A stretch of 10,192 nt of DNA from Candidatus Krumholzibacteriia bacterium (GTDB lineage Bacteria > Krumholzibacteriota > Krumholzibacteriia > WVZY01): positions 1 through 10,192 of the forward strand of contig JBHHVD010000100.1 in assembly GCA_046754105.1 (NCBI GenBank), written 5' to 3'. Positions within the stretch are counted from its first letter, which is position 1. Every line of letters starts with the position of its first letter. The position numbers and the translations under genes are program-made. The notes under the pieces are model-generated. The model saw nothing but the letters and a program-made list of their open reading frames with translations, did no database searches and was not told the DNA's origin. Below, piece after piece: positions 1 through 7,590 of the stretch.

Positions 1-2
1 GC

Positions 3-2087
3 GGGCTTCCCGATGCCGACACCGTTCCCAGACTCGCCCTGACCGCGACGGCGCTGCCGATCATCATTCACATTCTCAACCGGCGCCGCCAGCGAAGGAT
101 CGCGTTCAGCTCGCTCGAATTCATATTCGAAATGAGCAAGCGGCGAATGCGCAAGGTCAACCTCCGCCGCTGGCTAATCCTGCTGCTGAGAACACTGGCC
201 GTACTCCTGGTCGTGCTCGCCTTCGCACGACCGACAATCCGGGGCAGGGCCGCCCTCTTCATACCTGCCGAGGCCGCCAGGAACGTCATCGTATGTATCG
301 ACGTCAGCGCCAGCATGGGTGCGGAGCGCGAGACGGGCACCGCCTTTACGGTGGCGCGAACGCTCGCCGGGCAGGTCGTCGACGAGAGCGGCAAGAACGA
401 TCTGTTGAACGTGATTTCGTTCTCGTCGAGGGCCGATGCGCTCTTTGACGCGGGCACGCGCAACAAGCAGATCGTCAAGAACGTCATCGCCGGCTTGCAG
501 GTAACCAACGAGACCACGAGCATCGCCCGTGCGGTGAAGGCAGCCGAAGCGCTGGTCGACGCATCGGAAATCGATGGCGGCGAGATCTACGTTATTTCGG
601 ATTTTCGCGAGCCGGCCGACTCCGTTCTGGCAGCGGGCGTCGCGGATAACGTCCGGGTCGTATTCCTGCCGGTGTACGAAGAGGCGGTGGACAACGTCAG
701 TATCGACCGCGTTTTCATCCCCCGCAAACTGATTCGTCCCGGCGAGGTGGTGAGGGTCGGCGTCTCACTTACGAACCATTCGCGCGAAAATACCGCCAAC
801 TTTCCTGTCGAGCTCTACGTGGGTGACACGCGCAAAGCCGAGAAGCTGGTCACACTCCCTGCGGCTTCGTCCGCGACGGTGGCGTTTCCCGTCTCGATCA
901 ACCGCTGGGGCGCTCACAGATGCCGGGTGGCCAAGAACCGGGACCGCCTGCCCGTCGATGACGACCGCTTCTTCCTGCTGGAAGTCTCGCGCAAGATACC
1001 GGTCGCCCTCATTCGCGGCCGGAAGTTCTCGGACGACGGCAAGCAGGCGGCGGCGTACTTCTACGTGGAAAAAGCGTTGAACCCGCGCGGTTCGGGCGAG
1101 GGCGAGTTCAGCGTATCCGCCGTCGATGAAAAGGATGTAACAGCGGCCAGCCTGTACGGCAAAGGCGTCGTGGTGTGGACGGATCCACAACAGCCCGACC
1201 GGCGAAGACTCGATCTGATCAAGCGCTACGTGGAGGGGGGCGGCGCAGCGCTCGTCTTCCTCGGGCACGGGCGCAACGGGTTGTGGCGCGACGGCGATTT
1301 CTTGCGCTACGTGGGCGTCGAGAAGGCCACACCCAGGGAACACGGCGGGGGGCAGCGGTTCACGTCGTTCGAACCGGGGCACCCGGTGTTCAGCCTGTTC
1401 AACGAGGAGGAACTCGAACTCCTTGCGATGAGCCGTATCCGGAGCTATCTGGCGGTGAGCGGCGTGGCCCCCGACTCGGTTCTCGCCTACCTCGGAAGCG
1501 GTGACCCGGGGATCTGGGAGTGCCGCAGGGGCGAGGGGCGAATCGTGGTGGTGGCAGCGACGCCGGACATGCCGAGCGGAGACCTGCCGCTGTCTCCCAT
1601 GTTCCTGCCGTTGATACATACCTCGGTTTCGTACCTGGCGAGCACGGAGGCCGCGGGGTTCCACCAGGAGAACTACGCGGGCGCCGATTTGGTCTTTGCT
1701 TTTCCCGCCGGAGGGTGGAATGTACAGGGCTCCGCGCTGCGCGTGATAAGCGGCACCGGGTTCGAGGACAAACCGCTGTTGTACGAATTGCCGCACGGGG
1801 ACGTCCGCGCGATGGTGACCCGCCCGCCCGCGGTCGGTTTTTACCGGCTGCTGGCCGATACGACGCAGATTGCCCAGGCGGTAGTCAACGTGGATACGCG
1901 CGAATCGAATCTGAATCCCATCGAGTTCGATAAAGACGTTCTCGGAAGCGGCCGGCTCGTCGATACAACGACCGATTTTGCCGAGAATCTGCGCAGAGAA
2001 AAGCAGGGCAGGGAAATCTACACCCTCTTTCTTTTCCTCGCCCTCTCGGCGCTTGTCGCAGAGGCGATCCTCGGACGCAAGGCGTAG
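3..2087 (+). CDS. BatA N-terminal domain / von Willebrand factor A (vWA) multidomain membrane protein, 5'-partial. Architecture: BatA - vWA - Ig/CARDB-like - class I GATase-like fold - C-terminal TM helix
   Basis: The frame of ORF 132..2087 is open back to position 3 and reads ...LALTATALPIIIHILNRRRQRRIAFSSLEFIFEMSKRR...LILLLRTLAVLLVVLAFARP. This is the BatA (double-TM) signature LPIIIH..NRR...F.SL.F...LR.L....LAFARP, so ATG132 is internal and not the true start. The vWA MIDAS motif is DVSASM, with downstream ETT and ISDF. An Ig-like segment runs NVSIDRV...SLTNHS...LPVDDDRF. GATase-like motifs are YVEGGGAALVFLG and GEGRIVVV...DLPLSPMFLPL. The C-terminus has NVDTRESNL and hydrophobic EIYTLFLFLALSALVAEAILG. 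Stop TAG 2085-2087. Confidence 0.85.
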   Translation, partial: GLPDADTVPRLALTATALPIIIHILNRRRQRRIAFSSLEFIFEMSKRRMRKVNLRRWLILLLRTLAVLLVVLAFARPTIRGRAALFIPAEAARNVIVCIDVSASMGAERETGTAFTVARTLAGQVVDESGKNDLLNVISFSSRADALFDAGTRNKQIVKNVIAGLQVTNETTSIARAVKAAEALVDASEIDGGEIYVISDFREPADSVLAAGVADNVRVVFLPVYEEAVDNVSIDRVFIPRKLIRPGEVVRVGVSLTNHSRENTANFPVELYVGDTRKAEKLVTLPAASSATVAFPVSINRWGAHRCRVAKNRDRLPVDDDRFFLLEVSRKIPVALIRGRKFSDDGKQAAAYFYVEKALNPRGSGEGEFSVSAVDEKDVTAASLYGKGVVVWTDPQQPDRRRLDLIKRYVEGGGAALVFLGHGRNGLWRDGDFLRYVGVEKATPREHGGGQRFTSFEPGHPVFSLFNEEELELLAMSRIRSYLAVSGVAPDSVLAYLGSGDPGIWECRRGEGRIVVVAATPDMPSGDLPLSPMFLPLIHTSVSYLASTEAAGFHQENYAGADLVFAFPAGGWNVQGSALRVISGTGFEDKPLLYELPHGDVRAMVTRPPAVGFYRLLADTTQIAQAVVNVDTRESNLNPIEFDKDVLGSGRLVDTTTDFAENLRREKQGREIYTLFLFLALSALVAEAILGRKA

Positions 2088-2107
2088 GGCGCCAGGGCCC
2101 CGGAGTC

Positions 2108-5100
2108 ATGTTGGAACCGATACAAAAACCGGATCATAGTACTCCCTCCGCTCTCATCCGCCGCGTACTCGCGCAGCCGCCGGTCAAGCAGATCATCCGG
2201 GCCGCCGACCGGGGCGCCCGCCGCATCGACGTCAGGGGTTTGCGGGGATCGTCGCCGGCGCTGGTCCTCGAGGCGCTCCGAACCTCGCTGGGGCGCCCGG
2301 TAGTCGTGTGCTGCGCGGACGCCGAAAAAGCACAGGACGCTTGCTCCGACCTCAAAACGGTTTCAACGGCCGGCGTGCGCCTGTTTCCCGAAAAGGACAT
2401 CTTTCCGCAGCGATTCGAGATCAAGGAGAACCTGACGATCCGCGGCCGCCGCAACGCGTGCCTCGACCTGATTCTGCGGGACGACGTGGATATCGTAGTG
2501 ACGAGCCTGCCGGGGTTCCTCGAGAAGACGGTCCCGGTCGATGTATTCACACGCAGCACCAGGGACCTGCGCCTGGGCGAGCGCCTGGATCTGGAGGCGC
2601 TCCGCGAGTACCTCGTGTCCGTCGGTTACGAGGCGGTGGCCACGGTCGAGGAGCTGGGCCAGTTCGCGGTTCGCGGGGCCATCGTGGACGTATTCGACCC
2701 GTCGTGGGCCCATCCGGCCCGCCTGGAGTTTCTCGACGACGAACTGGTCTCGATTCGCACGTTCGACATCGATTCGCAGGCCTCGATCGATTCGGCGGAG
2801 AGCGTACGCGTACTGCCGGCGGCGGGTGTGCGTGTGAACGAGCAGACCATGTCGGAGCTCGAGCGCAACCTGCGGGAGGCGTCGCTGGATGCAGCGGTCA
2901 TCGACGAGATCCGGACCGAGATCGAACATCACCATTTCTCCTACCTGCTCCGGCGCTACGCCCCCGCGATGGGGGTAAGCGCCGGGCTGCTCGATTTCTT
3001 TCAAGAAATGCCGCTGCTCTTCTTCTGGGATGAGGAAGGTCTTGGGCGCGCGCTGAACGAGTTGAAAGAAGCCTTCGAAAAAACGAGCAAACTGACCGAG
3101 CCGGAGTACCCGTTTCTCGAACTCGATGAGTACATCCACGCCCCCGACTACTATACGTCGTTCGATATGACCCACATCCATCTGTGGATGATGCAGAAAA
3201 GCGATGCCTCCCCGCCGCCGGCAAAGGACGATGCCATCACCTTTCGAACGGCGGAGCATCCCACGGTCCTCGGCAAGTTCGACTCGCTCGTCAAGACGAT
3301 TCGCCGGTTGTACGAGAGCAAAGTGGACATCCAGATCTTTTCCGAGAGCGACACGCAACGCGAGCGTCTCGCCGATATGCTCGAAGAAAGCGAGGAAATG
3401 GTCCATCTCCCCGTCGGGTGGATCAGCTCGGGCTTCCTGTGGGAGGGGGCTGGTCTCGCCGTCTTGACCGACCACCAGATCTTTCACCGCGCTCTGCCGA
3501 GACCGGCGGACCGGCGGAAAACACACCGCTCCCAGGGCTACCGCCACGAACATCTCCAGGCGGGAGATTTTGTCGTACACGTGGATTACGGGATCGGGCG
3601 CTACGTCGGGCTGGAGAAAGTATCCGTGTACGGGGGAGAGACGGAGTGTCTGAGCCTCCGTTACGACGGGGGCGACCGTATCTTCGTTCCGCTAGACCAG
3701 ATGCCGCTCGTGGAAAAGTACGTCGGCAAGGAGGGCGGGGTGCCGAAGCTCGACCGTTTGGGCAGCGCGAGGTGGCAGCGAACCAAAGCGAGGACGCGCA
3801 AAGCGCTCGAGGACGTCGCGCGGGAAATGCTCACCGCCTACGCAGAGCGAGAGATCGCACCCGGAAACGCCTTTGCGGTGGATTCACAGTGGCAAAAGGA
3901 AATCGAGGCGTCGTTCCCCTTCGAGGAAACACCGGACCAGCTGCGCACGGCGGCGGAGATCAAGGCCGACATGCAGGTGCCGCGGCCGATGGACCGGCTG
4001 ATCTGCGGCGACGTGGGCTTTGGCAAGACGGAGGTCGCCCTCCGCGCCGCGTTCAAGGCCGTCGATGGGGGAAAACAGGTGGCCGTACTCGTGCCCACGA
4101 CCATCCTGGCCATGCAGCACTATCGAACTTTTCGCGAGAGAATGGGGGCGTTTCCCTTACGGGTGGAAATGCTCAGCCGCTTCCAATCGCCGGCGCAGCA
4201 AAAAGAGATCCTGGCAGCGTTGCAAGAAGGCGCCGTTGACATCGTCATCGGTACGCACCGTTTGTTGTCGAAGGACATCGCTTTCCACGACATCGGGCTC
4301 TTGATCATCGATGAAGAACACCGTTTCGGCGTGCGAAGCAAGGAGAAGCTCAAGCTTCTCAGAAAATCGGTCGACGTTCTCTCGATGACGGCGACACCGA
4401 TTCCCAGAACGCTCTACATGGCGCTCTCCGGGTTGCGACCCATATCGGTCATCGATACACCGCCTCGCAACCGGCACCCGGTTCGGACCGAGGTCCTGCC
4501 GTTCGACGAAGATGTCATCGTCCGTGCGATCTCGACAGAGGTGGCGCGGCGTGGCCAGGTATTCTTCGTCCACAATCGCGTCGGCTCGATCTACTCCATG
4601 CAGGCTTTTCTGGAGCGCCTGCTGCCGGATGTGAAGGTAACCGTCGCCCACGGGCAGATGGGCGAGAAGGAGTTGGAGGGCGCCATCCTGTCATTTCTCG
4701 ACCGCAAGTGCGACGTCTTGCTGTGCACGACCATCATAGAGTCGGGTCTCGATTTTCCGAACGTCAACACGATCATCATCAACCGGGCGGACCGTTTCGG
4801 GCTGGCCGAGCTCTACCAGCTGCGCGGGCGCGTGGGTCGCCGGGAGCGACAGGCGTTCGCGTACCTGCTGGTCCCGAGGAATTTCGCCATCACGCGGGAC
4901 GCGAGCCGGCGGCTGCAGGCCATGGAGGAATTCGAGGAGCTGGGGAGCGGGTACCGGCTCGCCATGCGGGACCTCGAGATCCGAGGCGCCGGAAACGTCC
5001 TCGGCGTCGAGCAACACGGGCAGCTGCTCGCGGTGGGTTTCGAGCTGTACTGCCGAATGCTGCGTGACGCCGTGCGGGGCCTCCAGGGGGAGGCCGAGGA

Positions 5101-5593
5101 AGAGACGCCACCGTGCCGGATCGAGACGCGGCGCGCGTGTTTTCTGCCCGAGAGCTACGTCGAGGACCAGGACGAGCGCATGACGCTCTACCGCAGGCTC
5201 GCGCGCTTGACCGATCCGGCGGAGGTGGACCGCCTGCAGGACGAAATCGGTGACCGTTTCGGCCCGATGCCAACGGAAGCCATTAATTTAATTGAAATTA
5301 CAAGGCTCAAGGTTCATGGGGCGATGCTCGGCGTGCGCCTCATCCAGTTCAAGCCGGAGCGGCTGGTGATCGAGTTTCTGGAGGGAAAATCGCTCGAGCC
5401 CCGTCTCTGCGCCCGGTTGGTGGAAACTTTCGAGGGGCGCGTGTTGTTTAAGTCTTCGGGTTCCTTCGGGTTAACCCTGGCGGGCGGCGACCGCGGGCGC
5501 CTGTTCGGCGAGGCGGGAAAGCTGTTGAAGATCGCCTGGGAGTATGGTACAAGGGACAATCCGGTGCCCCAAAACCGTCCGGCGGCTTCCTGA
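2108..5593 (+). CDS. mfd: Transcription-repair coupling factor Mfd (TRCF), 1161 aa
   Basis: UvrB-homology module (GLRGSSPAL; GQFAVRGAIVDVF; RLEFLDDELVSIRTFD). RNAP-interaction domain GDFVVHVDYGIGRYVGLE. Walker A GDVGFGKT (4007-4030), DEEH box (4310-4321), motif III TATPIPRT, motif VI QLRGRVGR, TRG motif DLEIRGAGNVLG, and C-terminal TRCF domain (ERMTLYRRL...DRFG). GGAG at 2102-2105; in-frame TTG at 2111 is an alternative start. Confidence 0.98.
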   Translation: MLEPIQKPDHSTPSALIRRVLAQPPVKQIIRAADRGARRIDVRGLRGSSPALVLEALRTSLGRPVVVCCADAEKAQDACSDLKTVSTAGVRLFPEKDIFPQRFEIKENLTIRGRRNACLDLILRDDVDIVVTSLPGFLEKTVPVDVFTRSTRDLRLGERLDLEALREYLVSVGYEAVATVEELGQFAVRGAIVDVFDPSWAHPARLEFLDDELVSIRTFDIDSQASIDSAESVRVLPAAGVRVNEQTMSELERNLREASLDAAVIDEIRTEIEHHHFSYLLRRYAPAMGVSAGLLDFFQEMPLLFFWDEEGLGRALNELKEAFEKTSKLTEPEYPFLELDEYIHAPDYYTSFDMTHIHLWMMQKSDASPPPAKDDAITFRTAEHPTVLGKFDSLVKTIRRLYESKVDIQIFSESDTQRERLADMLEESEEMVHLPVGWISSGFLWEGAGLAVLTDHQIFHRALPRPADRRKTHRSQGYRHEHLQAGDFVVHVDYGIGRYVGLEKVSVYGGETECLSLRYDGGDRIFVPLDQMPLVEKYVGKEGGVPKLDRLGSARWQRTKARTRKALEDVAREMLTAYAEREIAPGNAFAVDSQWQKEIEASFPFEETPDQLRTAAEIKADMQVPRPMDRLICGDVGFGKTEVALRAAFKAVDGGKQVAVLVPTTILAMQHYRTFRERMGAFPLRVEMLSRFQSPAQQKEILAALQEGAVDIVIGTHRLLSKDIAFHDIGLLIIDEEHRFGVRSKEKLKLLRKSVDVLSMTATPIPRTLYMALSGLRPISVIDTPPRNRHPVRTEVLPFDEDVIVRAISTEVARRGQVFFVHNRVGSIYSMQAFLERLLPDVKVTVAHGQMGEKELEGAILSFLDRKCDVLLCTTIIESGLDFPNVNTIIINRADRFGLAELYQLRGRVGRRERQAFAYLLVPRNFAITRDASRRLQAMEEFEELGSGYRLAMRDLEIRGAGNVLGVEQHGQLLAVGFELYCRMLRDAVRGLQGEAEEETPPCRIETRRACFLPESYVEDQDERMTLYRRLARLTDPAEVDRLQDEIGDRFGPMPTEAINLIEITRLKVHGAMLGVRLIQFKPERLVIEFLEGKSLEPRLCARLVETFEGRVLFKSSGSFGLTLAGGDRGRLFGEAGKLLKIAWEYGTRDNPVPQNRPAAS

Positions 5594-5615
5594 GCGGCCC
5601 ATTTTATACTATAAT
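5587..5615 (+). promoter_or_regulatory. Putative sigma70-type promoter for the foldase genes
   Basis: Perfect TATAAT at 5610-5615, overlapping TATACT at 5605-5610, in an AT-rich patch just after the mfd stop. The hexamer 17 nt upstream (TTCCTG, 5587-5592) is only a weak -35. Confidence 0.55.
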
Positions 5616-5757
5616 ACGATCTCGCTGCGTGGCCGGTGCCGCCGGAGAAGCGTGTACGGGGCCGGTGCAGCAGTCGCGGCTCGGGGCTCTCGTGGAAAAC
5701 CTGGGTGCCGGCCCTCCGTGTCATTCTCAATCACACATCCGTAATATCGAAAGTTAC

Positions 5758-5764
5758 AAAGGAG
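5758..5764 (+). promoter_or_regulatory. Shine-Dalgarno site of the first foldase gene
   Basis: AAAGGAG, 9 nt upstream of ATG 5774. Confidence 0.8.
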
Positions 5765-5773
5765 CGGGTTTTT

Positions 5774-7489
5774 ATGTGGTTCCAGCGTGTTGTGTCCGTG
5801 CTATGGATCGCGTTGCTTTTGACGGTGTCGTGCAGCAAGAGTCACGACGAGATGATCGTCGCGAAGGTTAAAGACCGTACCATCTCGGTGGCGGATTTCG
5901 AGAGAACCTACCTGCGGGTGGATCCCAAGTTTCTGCCCGAGTCAAGCGACCTCGAAGGCCGCAAGGAATTCCTGGATACCATGATCGAAAAAGAAATCAT
6001 GGCACTGAAGGCGGATGAACTCGGCTACGACAAGGATCAGTACGTGGTCGAGGGCATGAAGGCGTTCAAGAAAGTCGGTTTGCAGGCGGGCTACCTGAAG
6101 ATAAAGGTGGCCGATAAGCTCGAGCCGACGGAAGCCGAACTGAAGGAGTCCTACAAGAAGTATGGCACCACACTTCAGGTGAAGCAGATTCTCGTGGATA
6201 CCGAGGAAGAGGCACAAAGGGTTTACGACATTCTGCAGCAGGGACATGATTTCGAGACCGTGTGCAGGGAGTACTCCAAGGGCCCGGACGCCGAGGACGG
6301 AGGCAAGATTGTCAACGCCCTCTACGGCACCTTTCCACCGCGCTTTCAGGAGGAGCTGTTCTCGACCAAGGTCGGAGACGTGACCCATCCCATTCTCAGC
6401 CAGTACGGGTATTTCGTCATCAAGGTCGTTCGGGAGAACCAGCCGCCCCAGAAACCGTTCGAGGAAGAGCGGGACAACCTTGCAAAGCTCGTCCGGATGC
6501 AAAAGCAGCTGAGGCTGACGCAGGACATGTCGGAAAATATTCGAGCGCGGCACGGCTTCGAGTGGTACGAGGAGAACATCAAATCGATGTTCGATTACCT
6601 GCCGGCGGACCGGCCGCTGACCAACCCGCCGGATCGCAGCACCGAGGTATACCCCTTGCTGCGGGTCAGCCCTCAGGATCTGGACAAACCGCTCGTGGCC
6701 TACAAGGGCAAGTTCATCACGATGAAAGACTTTTCCGATTTGTACGACCGGGCCTCTTTTTTCCAAAGACCACGGAGAGAAAGCCGCCTGGGGGACATCA
6801 AGAAGTTCCTCGTCGACATCGTTATGAACGAGCTGATTGCGCTGGAGCTGGAAGAATCGGGTATCGAGAATGAACCCCAGGTCAAACGGATGTTGCAGCG
6901 GAAACAAGAGCAGCTCATGGTTGACAAGCTCTACCAGGATCTCGTGGACCAGCAGACCGACGTGGGACGCGCGGAACTCGATCGATACTACAACGACAAT
7001 CTCGAGCAGTTTCGCCAGAGCGAAGAGCGGCGCTTCGGCGTCATTCTTTGCGGCAGCCGCGCCGATGCACAAACCGCTCACCGCCGGTTGTCGAGGGGTA
7101 TCCCGTTCGAGCAGGTCGCCTCGCAGTTCAACGTCGAGGAACTCTCCAGCGAAATACAAGCCGAGGATCGTTTCCTCACCAAGGGTGAGCAACCGGAACT
7201 CGATGAGCACGGTTTTTCGTTGAAGAACGTCGGCGATTACACGGAGCCGTTCGAGACGTCCCGGGGATGGCTCGTTCTCAAGCTGTACGAGAGACGCCCG
7301 GAGCGTATTTTGCCGCTGTCCGAGGCGCAGCACGATATCAGACACTACTTGAAGACGCTTGCGAACGAAGAACGCCTCAAGGAGCTGCTGCTAAAATGGC
7401 GCGAGGAAATACCGATCGCGATCAACGAAAAAAACCTGAAGAAGGCGCAGCTCGACCAGCGGCCCGCACGCGGTGTGCGATTCAACTAA
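5774..7489 (+). CDS. Parvulin (PpiC)-type peptidyl-prolyl isomerase family lipoprotein with two tandem PrsA/SurA-like units, 571 aa; both parvulin domains degenerate
   Basis: Start reassigned from 5636 to ATG 5774 because of the strong SD and a lipoprotein signal MWFQRVVSVLWIALLLTVS-C (Cys20 at 5831). PrsA-type N domain IVAKVKDRTISVADF...FLDTMIEKEIM...ELG. Parvulin 1 reads VKQILVDTEEEAQ...DFETVCREYS...GGKI...VGDVTHPILSQYGYFVIKV. A second N domain follows, then parvulin 2 ...IPFEQVASQF...VGDYTEPFETSRGWLVLKL. Confidence 0.88.
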   Translation: MWFQRVVSVLWIALLLTVSCSKSHDEMIVAKVKDRTISVADFERTYLRVDPKFLPESSDLEGRKEFLDTMIEKEIMALKADELGYDKDQYVVEGMKAFKKVGLQAGYLKIKVADKLEPTEAELKESYKKYGTTLQVKQILVDTEEEAQRVYDILQQGHDFETVCREYSKGPDAEDGGKIVNALYGTFPPRFQEELFSTKVGDVTHPILSQYGYFVIKVVRENQPPQKPFEEERDNLAKLVRMQKQLRLTQDMSENIRARHGFEWYEENIKSMFDYLPADRPLTNPPDRSTEVYPLLRVSPQDLDKPLVAYKGKFITMKDFSDLYDRASFFQRPRRESRLGDIKKFLVDIVMNELIALELEESGIENEPQVKRMLQRKQEQLMVDKLYQDLVDQQTDVGRAELDRYYNDNLEQFRQSEERRFGVILCGSRADAQTAHRRLSRGIPFEQVASQFNVEELSSEIQAEDRFLTKGEQPELDEHGFSLKNVGDYTEPFETSRGWLVLKLYERRPERILPLSEAQHDIRHYLKTLANEERLKELLLKWREEIPIAINEKNLKKAQLDQRPARGVRFN

Positions 7490-7590
7490 CCTTGATCCGC
7501 CCGGGAGGTCGCCGCCCTGGAGCGGGTGCGGGCGATCGACTGTGACGGAGCAGGGCTGAGAACGTGAAAGCCGGCAATCTCATAGGAAAG

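Noticed and set aside
2308..4239. Alternative-frame + strand ORFs inside mfd (241 aa and 351 aa) and similar ones inside other genes
   Set aside because: Arg/Gly/Pro-rich translations typical of off-frame GC-rich DNA. The main frame is intact, so no frameshift is needed.
5292..5318. TTGAAA-N14-GTTCAT as a sigma32-type heat-shock promoter
   Set aside because: The -10 matches CCCCAT poorly, and there is no evidence that this lineage has RpoH.
5636..5773. 46-aa N-terminal extension of the first foldase in the ORF track, and ORFs 5544..5744 and 5629..5871 as possible leader peptides
   Set aside because: The SD and lipoprotein signal peptide point to ATG 5774. The upstream translations lack an SD and protein-like features.
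5942..7345. Long antisense ORF (467 aa), and similar ones at 765..1796, 2363..3580, 7759..8661 and 8342..9181
   Set aside because: They lie opposite well-supported genes and show no recognisable motifs. Such shadow ORFs are expected from GC-rich codon bias.
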